A DNA stretch of 64,000 bases from Phoronis australis (lineage: Eukaryota > Animalia > Phoronida), in assembly GCA_002633005.1 (NCBI GenBank), contig NMRA01000066.1, positions 506,940-570,939 of the forward strand. Direction: 5' to 3'. The position numbers and the translations under genes are program-made. Under the pieces are notes generated by a model that searched no databases, was not told the DNA's origin, and saw only the letters and a program-made list of their open reading frames with translations. Shown piece after piece: positions 46,801 to 59,465 of this stretch. The number at the start of each line of letters is the position of its first letter. The first letter of the stretch is position 1.

Positions 46801-48584
46801 TCCCTGATTTAGAGTTGAACAAGGCAATCAATGAATTATTAAGGGCCAGGAAGTAGACAGTGAACAACATCTCTAGCTGGCTCAGTAGAGACGGTGAAGT
46901 TCCTATAGGACCTTCATACACTGAAAGGTTTTCGGCGAATTCTGCCTCACACTGATTAAAAAATCTAAGTCACATTGTTTATAGGGGGACACCTTAGGAG
47001 GCTGTAGATGTCTTCAATTTCTTCCATTTCAAAAAAATACTCTAGTTATCAAACATTTTCTTCGAGCAGTCCTTTCTTCAGTTCCCAAAATCAGGAACTG
47101 GCCATTTTTAACATCATATACCCTGGCGTGCGCAGTGTAAAAATGGCCAGTTACCGATTTTGGGAACTGAACGAGGGACTGCTTGAAGAAAAAGTTTAAT
47201 AAAGGGAGTATTTGTTTGAGTAGGAATTAAAGACATCAATGGCTCCTAAGGTGTCCCTGTAAGCGTAAAATGTATTTATAACACGACTTTGATGTTTTAG
47301 TCAGTGCGAGAAGCTTCTCGGCGAATTATGTCTCACACCGTCTCTACTGAGCCAGCTAGAGATGGTGGTCACTGTCTATGCCAGGGGATGAAAGTCGAAC
47401 AAATACTCCTATTATCAAACTTTTTCTTCGAGCAGTCTCTCGTTCAGTTCCCAAAATTGGTAACTCGCCATTTTCACACTGCGCACCCTAGGGGATATAT
47501 ACGTCCTGCCACCTGGCGGGCGCAGTGTTAAAAATGGTGAGTTACCGATTTTGGGAACTGAACGAGGGACTGCTCGAAAAAAAAATTGATAAAAGGAGTA
47601 TTTGTTCGAGTTATAAGGAACTAAATACATCGACAACCTCCTAAGGTGTCCATCTATGCACAAAAGTTATTTATAACGTGACTTTGATGTTTTACTAATA
47701 GTCAGTGCGAGTCATAATTCGCCGAGAAGCTTCCGGTCTCTCCTGAGCCAGCTAGAGATGGTGGTCACTGTCACGTAATTAGGAACCATTGAATCCAACC
47801 AGTACAAAGGAGGGTCACCAACCCTATCCCCAGTTAGGGTTGGTGGACCACTCCACAACACTGACAACACAACAGTCAAAAGGGCATCAGCCAGGTCCTT
47901 AGCCAGCCAGCTAGCTGAAGACTATCGTCAAAATATTTAGTATACAGCTTTGCGCCAAACTGCCAAGGCTACCCCAGCAGTAGACATTGTTTCTGCTGAG
48001 TAGAGACGATGGAGCTTCTATAGGAGGTTCATATGCCGGAACCTTTTCGGCGAATTATGCCTCACACTTGACTAAAACATCAAATTCACGTTATTACAAA
48101 TACCTTTTGCACATAGATGGACACCTTAGGAGGTCGTCGATGTATTTAATTCCTTCCAACTAGAACAAATACTCCTGTAATCAAACTTTTTCTTTGAGCA
48201 GTCCCTCGTTCAGTTGGTAACTCGCCACTTTCACACTGCGCACGCCAGGGGATATGTACATCATGCCACCTGCCGGGCGCAGTGTTAAAAAGGTGTCCAT
48301 CTATGACTATGTGCAAAAGATATTTATAAAGTGACTTTGATGTTTTAGTCAGTGCAAGGCATAATTCGCCGACAAGCTTCCAGCGTATGAAGCTCCTATA
48401 GGAGCTCCATCGTCTGTGCTAACTGCGCCAGCACAGCCGATGGTCATTGTCTACCACTCACTAGTCACTACCAGGTAGTCAGGAGTTCTCAGTATAGAAC
48501 TCTTGACACGTTCTGCACGCCATCCTCACTACCTGTGAAAGGGTATGTACATTTCTTGACAATATTAGAAGTAGTCTGACCCAT
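43619..48584 (-). CDS. TUSC2: Tumor suppressor candidate 2 (TUSC2/FUS1), three coding exons, 112 aa
   Basis: Exons 48584-48533 (MGQTTSNIVKKCTYPFT), 46006-45916 (GWGGSQTSGSNSSKDLVATRGVTLFVYKRQG) and 43814-43619 (SMYFDEEGDLAHEFYEE...KNLRPQGEVDLPHPRLHVDLPIAICDAPFS*). Total 52+91+196 = 339 nt in frame. The SMxxDExGDLAHEFYEE and HPRxHVDxP motifs match recalled human TUSC2, and the N-terminus has an MGxxxS myristoylation motif. Confidence 0.93.
45916..46006 (-). CDS. TUSC2: TUSC2 coding exon 2
   Basis: Minus-strand acceptor cttacttcag, donor AGG|GTAAGA; 91 nt, phase 1 to 2. TRGVTLFVYKRQG resembles recalled human RGRAVPPFVFTRRG. Confidence 0.88.
46854..48453. mobile_element. Cluster of three copies of an approximately 500-bp foldback MITE in TUSC2 intron 1 (46854-47378; about 47392-47772, left-truncated; 47981-48453)
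   Basis: Copy 1 termini TAGACAGTGAACAACATCTCTAGCTGGCTCAGTAGAGACGGTG and CACCGTCTCTACTGAGCCAGCTAGAGATGGTGGTCACTGTCTA. Internal inverted blocks (GGACACCTTAGGAG / CTCCTAAGGTGTCC, TTCAGTTCCCAAAAT / ATTTTGGGAACTGAA) recur among the copies. Confidence 0.85.
48533..48584 (-). CDS. TUSC2: TUSC2 coding exon 1
   Basis: Starts ATG GGT CAG ACT ACT TCT (MGQTTS); YPF resembles recalled human WPF; phase-1 donor CAG|GTAGTGAG. Confidence 0.82.
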
Positions 48585-48599
48585 TCCTTTCGAGAAAAT

Positions 48600-48705
48600 G
48601 TACGTCTACGTCACTGAATTCTTAAACATGTCATTTTAAATGCCTTTTCGATCCAGGCTTTCCTCATCTCTTCTGTCCCGGAAATATAAGAAGCGCATGC
48701 GCACC
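48600..48705 (-). promoter_or_regulatory. Putative TUSC2 proximal promoter with NRF1/EWG-type, ETS-type and CRE-like motifs
   Basis: GCGCATGCGCA at 48693-48703, CCGGAAAT at 48678-48685 and TACGTCA near 48607, all within 120 bp upstream of the ATG, at the start of a CpG-rich zone. Confidence 0.55.
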
Positions 48706-48787
48706 CACTGTTCTAATTCCAGGGACAACCCACACTCTATCACAGTGCTAAACGAAATTGCAGTATAGGTGACGCTGTGTCAGAGTG

Positions 48788-48929
48788 TAGGGACAACGCT
48801 GGGTAGGACCTCGCTAAAAATAAGACTTCGCGAAATTACGTGAGATATTATCGTGTGTTTAAAAACGTGATTTTGGCTAGAATTTAGCGAGGTCCTGGCA
48901 AAGGAAGTCCTGGCGTTAAGTATACCCTG
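48788..48929. mobile_element. Small hAT-like MITE remnant upstream of TUSC2
   Basis: Perfect 14-bp inverted repeat AGGACCTCGCTAAA (48805-48818) / TTTAGCGAGGTCCT (48883-48896); ends TAGGG...CCCTG. Confidence 0.5.
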
Positions 48930-51066
48930 ATGCTTCTGATTTTTAGTCGGGATCACCCCGGGCGGGTGGGCGCCAGACGGCGCGGGATTTAGGGAGAGCA
49001 GAGGGTCACTCCCACTCCAGACTACTCGACAAAATATAAGAAAACGTCGCAGGCATGCTGTTTCGAGGGTCCGCTAAATTTCCTCCTTTGGAAAATGCGG
49101 TAGGAAATGGTGAAAATACTATAGGTTTCATAGTCAGCCATCGGACCCCGCCCCCCGTCAATTGTATTTAATTTGACGATTCACTCAGCTACCGTGAGCT
49201 GGGTAGCTAACGATCCGCTTTGCGGTAGGCTCGGGCATTTATCGTGGTAACTGTTATATGTCTAGGGTTTCACAATTTTCCAATGAAAAGTTTCGTTTGG
49301 ACTCCAAACGGTAGCCCCGGCGGCGCTTCTTTATGCCGGTTCGGTCAGTGTGGGGGTCGGCAGCCGGTAGATGTCAGTGTTGACTCTCTCCGAATGTTTG
49401 TCACTGTTCCCGTCCGGTATTGTCTAGCCAACATCATTCCGCCTCAGTCACACCATTTGAACAATGCAAAGCATGGTACATCTCAATACAAGGAGCAATA
49501 TTATCTTTGCCGATAAGTGCCTGCAAGCCAGCGCATGTTACTTATTGCCGTGACTTAGGTTAATTTTACTTACGCAGGCCTTGAAAAAACGCGAAAATTA
49601 TCTGTCGAGCACAATAAACAAATTAACTGATAACTTTGGTGACGGACAAAGTACGCATGATCATAGAGGATGATCTGCACTCCACACCTGCGCCGCAACA
49701 CAAGTAGGCCTAGATCACCTGACTTTCTTTTTTTTCTTTTTTTTAACATTTATTCATCCATAAGTAGCGTGAGACATATACTAAATTTAAAGGGAGTATA
49801 CACATTCATACACTCATTCACTCCGATCAGCTGACTTTCATTCTTTGCGGGGTATGCGGCTTTGGAAGATACACCACTGCGGTTGGTTATTTTTATTCTA
49901 ATACATAAGTACGGTGCGGATGTTCTCGCCAATGTGGTAACAAAGACGCTTGCTGATCAGAAGTTACCACTTAATTAAAGAGGCATGGAACGCTAAAACT
50001 TGCACTTTAAAGTACCATCTTGCAACGTTAACTGTGAGAGTTATTCACTTTTCCCTGTTAGAAATGTTCCAAAAAATCACCGTTTTTGAAATACGCGCTA
50101 AGGAAAAACTTTGTAGTCACCACAGAGTGTCTAATCCCCTTACCACTGATGATAAATGCGCGCATGCGCTAACAGTCATTCATCTGACAAACAGTTGACG
50201 GACGAGATGGATCGTACTCTGAATCTGAGGTCGACAGCGCATGATAGTGAAGCAAGCAATTCCCCAGAAAGAATTCCAAGTGGATTTCGAAATATATGTG
50301 ACCATAACTAATTTTAAACACTTAAAACTTATGTGAGTTGCCTCTAAATCGGGTTGGCTGCTATTTTAAGCCGCCTTGAGCATTTTTAAATATGCAAATT
50401 AAGGCTGCAATTATGCAAAATTCTATTTTTTCTTGTAACTTCCTTATCAGGCACTTCAGGTAAATTACCCATGTTTCAATGGTCATTGAATTTATTATGG
50501 TTACCTTGGAGGTGGTTGCATCGAGAATTTGCATAGATTATTCAAATTAGGGCACCCATTATTGAATATCGTTCTTGCGCTTATTGCTCCTATTAGGCAC
50601 CACTGGATGTTTACATGTATATTGATATTTGAACCCATGTTTCTTGTTTCTAAATCAGTAATACCAGTTTGCAGGTTGTTGCATAATGCATTTGCATAAC
50701 TTAAGCAATTAATGGCCACCGTTATTTAAATTAATGCTATTTAAAATTCTGTTTCTGCTCATGATAAGTTGTTGAAGTCTGTATGCTGATCATTACACCA
50801 TACATTTGCATAATTTATGTAAAATGAAGCCACCAAGAGTATAGTTTTGCTTAGTCATTTTTGTTAGACGACTGTATATTTTGATTGAGTTCGAGAGTTT
50901 TGCACCATCTGAAACAAGATACGATATTATTTTCAGAAGTGTGCTGCAAGAATGGAGAATCGCCTTACTTTAGAGAAGTCACTATGATCATGCACGCGGA
51001 TATTCGTACCGGATATGGGTAGCTTTTCCTTCACCCCTCGCCTGCCTTACATTACAACTACAACAT

Positions 51067-51111
51067 CAAGCTTAAGAAGCTTAACAAGCTTAACAAGCTT
51101 AACAAGCATAA
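51067..51111. repeat. Short tandem repeat (CAAGCTTAA) x5
   Basis: Directly visible 9-bp units with minor variants. Confidence 0.85.
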
Positions 51112-54100
51112 AATTTTGTTAGAAAATTTTCTCAGCTAGCGGAAGCACAACCTGACATATTCGAACGACAACATCTCTTTTTATGCAGGTGTAGCCTACG
51201 TGTTCGTTTGTGTTGGTTGGGTACATATTCAATCTCACTGCTGAATGAGTCTTCGCCACACAGGTGACTAGGCTACAGTATATCAGTCTTTCAAAAACGG
51301 CCATAACCAAGACTAGAACTTAAAATGTTACATGGTTTTTTGAGGTTGTACCTTGGACGTAGCTTAAAGTCCAAAGTCAAATACTGCAGAGTTTTTATCT
51401 TCAAAAATATATGTACTTTCACTGAGATAAATTATGTAGTTTTATATGTACGGTTATCGTTTAACAGGCGTCATTTTATGCTTGTTATGTTTTACGCTCG
51501 TCGTTTCAAGTTCGTCGTTCCGTCAGATTAATAGATGATTGCAATTTACTATCATATATGTAATCTTATGGGCGTACTGTACATTTTTTTCCTTTTTCGG
51601 AGCTCACATAACCTACAATCTAATCTCTTATTGGTCGTAATTATTAAGTTGGTAAAATACGGACGTAAAAAGTGTTGTTTCCTCTGGGTAATTTACGAGC
51701 GTAATTTGCGGGCGTCACTTTCCTCACAGCGTCCAAAGACACGAGGAGTGATTGTGTTACCTACAATCAGTAGTCTACAATGTGTTTGTCCGTGTGGAAA
51801 CTGACCTAGCCGTTGCAATGTTCTAATTCTAATCTTCTTGACAAATTTTTGTTTTCACCTTTTGATAACGCATTTCAGCAATGTTTCGGTCAAATGAAAT
51901 TTGAAGGTGGCAAGTCAAAAAGGTCAAAAGTTTGCAAAACAAATATGCCAACCCGCGCAGTATTAGAAAAATCAACACAAAATATTGACAGGTAGGCCTG
52001 CGGTATTCCCTAACTAAATTGATAAAATTAATTTAGTTGAATTCCACATTAAAGAATTGCTGGAGACGCTGTTCTAACACTCAGTCACTGAGGACAACCG
52101 GGTGCAAGTTAAACACTCGTTCATTTATTCCATTATCACCCCCAGCTGTGTGAGTAATTCTCTCAGGTAAATTCAGACAGGTGTCGAACGATTTATGTCG
52201 CTCAGGTGTGTTTGTCCAGCTCTTGTCCGGTGACCAACAGTCATTCAGGTCAATTGCCGTGATATTGAGTATAGACTGGCGTGTCAACAGCGCGTGTCTG
52301 GTGCACTGAAACAAGACAAGCTGTAACATTTTAACATTTCCACGACGTCGCAAATACAAACTTGTGATTGACAACTGCAATGACGCACAACTCTACACGT
52401 GTTATTTGACATAAAGCTTTCATCTTTTATTATTCGATACTCCTTACACTACCCGTATATACAAGAAGTTATCGTTTGTTTACGTATTCTTTTTTATTAT
52501 TTGTGTTACGATGTCTGTAATTTCAAGTTTTTTTTGGTGTTTTGTGTTATAATGCAAAAAAACTTACAATTACTGTAACTTTATAGAAAATCGCATGCCT
52601 TGCACATATTTGATTATAATGAAAATAGCAACGATAACAACAATGGACGTTTTCAAATATTTTATTTGAATGCGTATCACTCTTTGGCTAACCCAACTCA
52701 GAAATGGAAATAACTGGATTGTAGCGGCCGTTACCGCAGCCGAGCTAAACTAAATTGTCGTCTGTTCATGACATCAGCTCGCGCGAATTTACTACCTGGA
52801 GCCTGTTTCATGGAAAGTGATTTAAGACTGAAGCCAATTTTTTTTCTTACGCTCCACACAACAAATTCCTAAATAAATGAATATCACTTGAGCAAAAGTG
52901 CAAAGGTTATGAGAATGTTCACGTAACTGCTAGTTGCTGAGATGATTGGTAATTAGGCTAGCTCTGGACTGCAATGCGCTTATAATTGCTTGCTGAAACC
53001 TTTACTCAGCATATTGTGAAGTGGAAACACATACCAAATTTATACCTAAGTCTCGAGTCGACTGACCCCAGGCTGTCTATTTTAGAAGGCGTTGGTGGTA
53101 AGCTGCCGAGACACACCGTCTTTTGTGTCTATGGTCTGGGCTGGTTTGTCCGTCGGGTATATTACGGCCCTACCCCTATAAAGCCGTAATTATAATATAC
53201 GCCGAGTGATCAACATTGCTGTGGTTTACAGTATTCCCATTTTATAAACCATGCCTCTTCCTATGATTCAATTACATGAGATTTATTACATCATATTTAG
53301 GTATTTTGCGGTTAGTGTAGGAGACAATACATCTAAACCTACTGATTATACGGGTGCTCGCTCCCTTAACAACCCTTGACTACGGGCATGGTTCTCTCCT
53401 CAGTCCTTCGTCTTCGTTTTCGTTGGAGTGTAACGACTGTTGAACTGAAACCTCAAATAAAAGATTACCTTTTCACTGAAACTCTAATCAAATGTTTCCG
53501 TTTTAACTGCGTGTAAGAACTCTTGACTTCTAGTACTTATCGTGCTCAATCATAATGGTGTTGTTATTACCTTAGCGCTATACTCTAGAGGGGGCTCTGA
53601 CAGTGAGTAAAGCCCGACATAATCCGTGGCTTCCCCCCGACGGAGTACATGTATCCAGTCGACAAGGAATTTTACACACGAACCCTGACTCGAGCTGCTT
53701 ACAAAATGACATAAGAAAGCAGCATTTTGATTAGAATTGTATTAGATGACTACGCTACACCAACTGTACTGAAGCAATTTGAAATATTTATTATTTTACT
53801 GTAATTTGATGTCCATTTTCTTACCAGACGTTTCACCTTTTCTAATACTTATACCCATTTCACTCCAAATACTGTCGCTCTGTATCCACAACTAGCTTCA
53901 TCACTGACGCAACAAAAGCATTAAAAACAATGTCAACAATCTGAAATTCATTCTTTGAAGACCAAATTCAACTTTTATGAACGTTCAGTGACATAGCCAT
54001 ACAACTTTGTCCATGTACGTCATAGTCTTAAAGTTTTGTTTGTGATTGCAGCCAAGCACGGCTAATAGTTTCTCAATAAACACCAAGGCGCAAAGTAGCC

Positions 54101-54559
54101 GATCGTTCTCAACCGCATTTGAAAGCATATTTGTTTGGGTGTACTAGTAAGCCTTTATTAAGAAGTGTTGCCCAACCTCTTAAAGATATTCGATTACATT
54201 GGATTATCTTGAATCCCGCGACATTCAAAAACACACGACGAAACGTGATCATTTATAAGGGTGCATTATACGGCTCGATACGCATCCAATATTTAACATA
54301 CAATGTTCAGAATAACTTTTACTTGGCACATCAGCGATCAATATGAATTCCAACCATGGTGACAATTATCAGCTTTTAAAGTTGATGATAGGGTATCAAA
54401 CACTTAAGGGTGTTTCGCTAATGCACTTGGAGTAGCCTTTGCTAGCAAGCTATTTGGATGGTATATCAAGAGCGGCATTCAAGATATGACCATGGGTTTG
54501 AAGAGAACTGTTCGCAATCTGTTATTTTCGTCGAAAACACAGTCCATTACGTAACACTG

Positions 54560-54890
54560 AGATCAGTATAGTTCGGTAGCAGCCCTTCGTTAACACAAAT
54601 TTCGTTGAAAATACGCCTAAACTTTTTGTGTGAGAGCTTAATACCGAATCGCTCGAAGTCACAATCATCTTTCATCACTTTGCAGCCATATAACAAAACA
54701 GCCTCGAAATATAGCTAGTGTTTTAATTTGTTATGTCTCTCGGTGTTTCGTTTGATAGCTGCAAACCTGACGAAAGGAGATTGTTTCGACACTACGAGCG
54801 ATTCGGTATAAAGCTTTCAAACAAAAAGTTTAGGCGTGTTTTCAAGGAAGATTGTGTAAACGAAGGGCTGCTACCGAATTATACTGATCT
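54560..54890. mobile_element. Approximately 330-bp foldback (palindromic) MITE
   Basis: AGATCAGTATAGTTCGGTAGCAGCCCTTCGTT is inverted as AACGAAGGGCTGCTACCGAATTATACTGATCT; pairing continues about 140 bp inward. Confidence 0.85.
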
Positions 54891-55105
54891 GCTATTTAAT
54901 TATTAACTTCTGTTTGTCACTGAACACCAAACAAAATACTCTCAAATAACCTTGTTTGGTCTTGACTCTGTGCTGGAGATTTATTTCATACAGCGGCTCA
55001 AACTTCACTTGTCTCAGCTACAGGAAACCTATCGGTTTAGGAAAACGAAATACGGACAGAGATTGATACGTGAACTACAAAATGATGCATCTATATAAAG
55101 TAGCA

Positions 55106-55345
55106 CTGAGGCGGGTATACAAGGGGGTTCAGGGGGTTCAACCCCCCCCCCTTCGGCACAGGATCAAAACTAAAAATTGAAAAAAAATCGCCAGAAAAAC
55201 GAAATTAGCAACTAAAATTCACAAAAAATCTTACACGGGAAGATGGAAACCCTCTCCCGACCTTCCTTCCCCTCGGCGCTACGCGCCTCGGATTCGCGCG
55301 AATCCTAACCCCCCCTTACTGAAAACGCCGGTAAATCTGACACTG
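55106..55345. mobile_element. Degenerate G-run/C-run MITE; similar remnants at about 18078-18204 and 39759-39965
   Basis: GGGGGTTCAGGGGGTTCAACCCCCCC subterminal structure with CAGTG-like termini; the family assignment is inference. Confidence 0.45.
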
Positions 55346-58300
55346 AGTAGTGTTTAAATGACGAATACAACTGTTGCTCGTTATTGTAGGAGATTATGAA
55401 GAAGGCTCACGGACAGACCCAAAGACTTGCAGTATTCTGAAAAGCACTGGTGAAAAAGTCTAAACGTAACATATTTGATGTACAGGCTGGGAATATTTCA
55501 TTGATTCGTTTCACTTCTACACGTTTGCAGAAAGTTGTAGCTGGAAACTATAAAAGTTGGCAACATATTTTGGTGGAAACTAGCTTATGTTTTTGCGGCT
55601 GTCAAAGTTATCTAGAATCCGGGTACTGAGACGAATTGCTAACACAAAGTAAAAGTTCGGGTATGTCAACGTCTTCTTCGACAACAGAGAGAGTCATCTT
55701 GGCAGTCAATCGAAACCAGGATGTTACTTAACTCACAGACCGCGACTAAATGTTTGGATTGACAAAAATTTTATGAATGGATCTCCCCTAAATAGTGACT
55801 CTTAGATCAGAAATAGCTCGGGGCTTTATAATTTCCTCAATGGATGCGTACCATTGTAGTGCTATGCAAACAGCAAAGAGGGTGATGCCAAATTTCCTTT
55901 TCAGTTAAATTATGTAAGGTGGATATTAGATCATTTAAACGTCGCCTCGGGACGATTCTACTCCATTTATGGACGGCAATGTTTATGTTTGATATCTAAT
56001 CCTTAACACATTAAGAATCTTGCGGTCACACCTGCATTTGCCTCTAAAATTATCACCGTAGCCTGGATTCTGAGTTTTGAACTTGAGAGGCGACTTTTCA
56101 GTGGCAGTGAACACGAGGAATATTCTCACGTTGCTTCGTGCACGGTAGCTTACCAGAACGAGACCACACGGTTTTGTGGTAACAACACTTTTTGTAACCA
56201 AACTGTCAAAATGCCTATTTCAGGAATTTCCGTAAGTAAAAGGAAATGACCCTTTACCGAACATCAGAGGATAATGAACAATTTCGCAATGTATTAGGTA
56301 GAAATGCGTATGCCTATGGTTTGAGCGTTTTCACTGAGCAAAAGCCATTTAAAAATAATGACTGTGACTTGAAAATCGTTTGTCACTAAAACGTCATTGT
56401 AGATTGATTGGAAATGAGACATTTCACTTTGCCAAGCATATATGTGTAATATCGCAACATCAGAATCTCATCAAAATTAACTTTGGATTACGAATTAACC
56501 GAGGCCTTCAACACTTTTATGTTAAGACGAACTAACTACCTCCATCGATTATGCTAATGAGGATGTGAAACCCAAGCGGAACAAGAACCAGTAGCTTGAA
56601 AATGAATTCCGTTCCCACTAGATTTGAAAATATTTGATAACTTAATCACAATTTCGATTATTCTATTATTGACTGCTTGAATGGATTATTTGTTCCTTGT
56701 TCCAGTGAAGCGTGATTTTGTGTCGATTCTTGTCAGAATTGCGCCAAGTTATAAACATTATATATGAAAGCCTAGCGCAACCATTAGGGACTAATGTACT
56801 AATTCTTTTATTAATAAATTCTTTTATTAATAAGAGACAGCTACTTTACATCATCGCTCAGTTTACTTACACGAGTCAACGGGTTTTTTGATAAGCGGTG
56901 AATCGGTACTGCTTCCTTTGAATCGGAGCTCGGTGCACAAAATTACCATAAACATTAAGGTAGGCCATTGTCAATCCCAGGAAAGTTCTATTTGCCCAGC
57001 CACAACCCCTAAGGGCATTCTTTTGACTTCGTCCCGGGGCCTCTCGCTTAATTCATCGACACCATTCATTAAACTCACAAAGGTACAGAGAAGATAGCAC
57101 GGCCATTGTTTTGCCTCAGTGAATTAATTTTTAGTGCGTGTAAACCATCAAATAAAAACCACTGCCGGGCGCATGTGCCCCTTTTTGATTTACGCATTCA
57201 AGCCTAGCAACTGGAGCGATCCATGAAGATAAACCTAGGGGCATGACCCCGGGACGCTAGCCTATTCTGGGTCAGGTGGGTGCGAAAAGGTTTGCACAGC
57301 TAATGAGGCTTGTGAACGCGAAAGGAACAGACCTATCAGTTGGCGACCCTCGCTCGACGGAGACAGTCGATCGATCTCGATGAATGCGCCAATTATAGTT
57401 GGACGACCTCTTTAGATCCCTCTCGTACCTGTCCACCTCCTCGAGTTGAACCCTTGGTATTTGAGGTAAGTGTCCACCTTGCGCTGTGTGACCAACTAAT
57501 CGGATTTTCAAGTATATTTGTTTTGGAAAATCACAGGTGTAACATAGCTGCCATGTCCCCCACGAACTGTTAGACTACGGCGACATGACAGCCCGAACGA
57601 ATGCGAAAACAATCCCGTTACAATGCCATATTAGCCAAGTCCGGTATCAAATGTTATTACTCCCGGGTAATTACAACTTAAATTTAAAAAGAAAATGGCT
57701 AGTTTTAATGATCTCTATATTTCGAACGAGGTTTACGACATTTGCACGAGACAATCAAGTTCACATCATCTTTGCTTCTAGTTCAGATTAAAAAAATATC
57801 TGATAACCGCGCACTTTTACCGAAAACGCGAATTTTCAACGCTAGGGCAGATTCATGTAACACATCACGGCTCGCATGATCTTGATTAGATTGAGAGTTT
57901 CACCTTGTTTACTTAACGAATATTGAAGAAATGGTCCGTGACATGTTTTTCGTATAACTATACACAGAAATCCAAAACGGAAAACAAGATACTTTCTGAG
58001 GTTTAAGTAAAATAGTAAACACTGGTGTTTGTGAAGACCTGTAAACATTTCCTATAATAAACAAGACGAGTCAGCCCTGGAACGACCAACTTAAAAATAA
58101 TGATAACGATAATATTCTTAGTCCTACTCAAAAAGTGTCCGTGGTGTGTGTACTTGTAAATTTTGCCTAATGCGGTGGTCCTAGGTCAGAGGTGGCGTCG
58201 ACTGTTACATTCTTCTGGACAAAAGGATGCGACGATAAAGGAAGCACTGACGTCAAGGGCAGTGAGGTCGTCCGAACATTGTAAAACCACTAAGCCTGTA

Positions 58301-59465
58301 ACAAGTTCAGGCTTTTGGAGAACCAATCATAAATAGCGCAAAGACTGGCTTGAATAACGACTCAAAACAAACTTTCCTTACCGTAACTGCAAGTGAATTC
58401 AACCATTTACAAGCCCTTAAAATTAATGAAGCCATCAAAGGGACACAGTCGTAAGTAAAATTTTCAGAAACTTTCGGTAGTGCGGATTCAAAACCACTAA
58501 GTCCGCAGGAGCAGGCGAAAACACTTCGACCGAGCGAAATCCCATGCCCCTAATAGCTGAGTACATAAGAATGAAAGATTTGTACCAGAGTTGAACTTTT
58601 AGCAAATATCTAGCCCCTTAGCAGACAACAACGTGTTGTAATAAATCCATAAAAAACAGATTTAACCGCTTTAAAGCTTTGGTAAAAACTAATAACTTCA
58701 AAAGCGTTTCTCAATCAACAATAATTTCAAAATACGATTTTCAGCCGTAAAACCGATAATGGACTTTAGCTGCTTAGAGGAAACCTATACATGTGGCACG
58801 CTTGGGATTCTCAAAGCTACCTGATGACTGAGATGAGACATTACTTTGGTAGAGCTCGTGAGGAAAGATTATGGATGAAATTGAGGACAAATGCCAATTT
58901 TTGCTAGTGTGTCTGTTAAACGTTGATCTGAGACAGAAAATTAGATTGAATGCCGTTCACCAGCAAAATGCTACAAATGTTTTAGGAAGGTTACGAAATC
59001 AATAGACAAATGTATACTGTAAAACTCGAGATCAATCTTCCTAAATGAGGAATCAAGACGATTGTATTAACATTATAAAATTCTCGAAAGTTGTGGAGAC
59101 GACTGCTGTATAGGATACGTAATGATTTGAAGATGTTTTGATGTGTATTGGACCGGAGGCCTACGTATACAAATAAACTATCTTATCTCTCGCATCAGAT
59201 TTCTGTGTATTACGACCCGGATGACCTGTCGCGGAAAATCCAGTGACGTTCTCTGAAGCCCGCAGTGTCGGTGTACGAGTTCGCCGCCGCATCGGATGAC
59301 CCCACGAGCGGTAAACACGGGACCCACTTGACAGTCACGGACGGCTATTTATCCATTGTGTTCGACATTCTATCGCGGGGGTTCAATTACATCACCTATA
59401 TTTGATAGCCCACTGCTGACCGGAGCAAAGGTGTTTATTCAAGTCATAAGTAAATACTTTGCACC

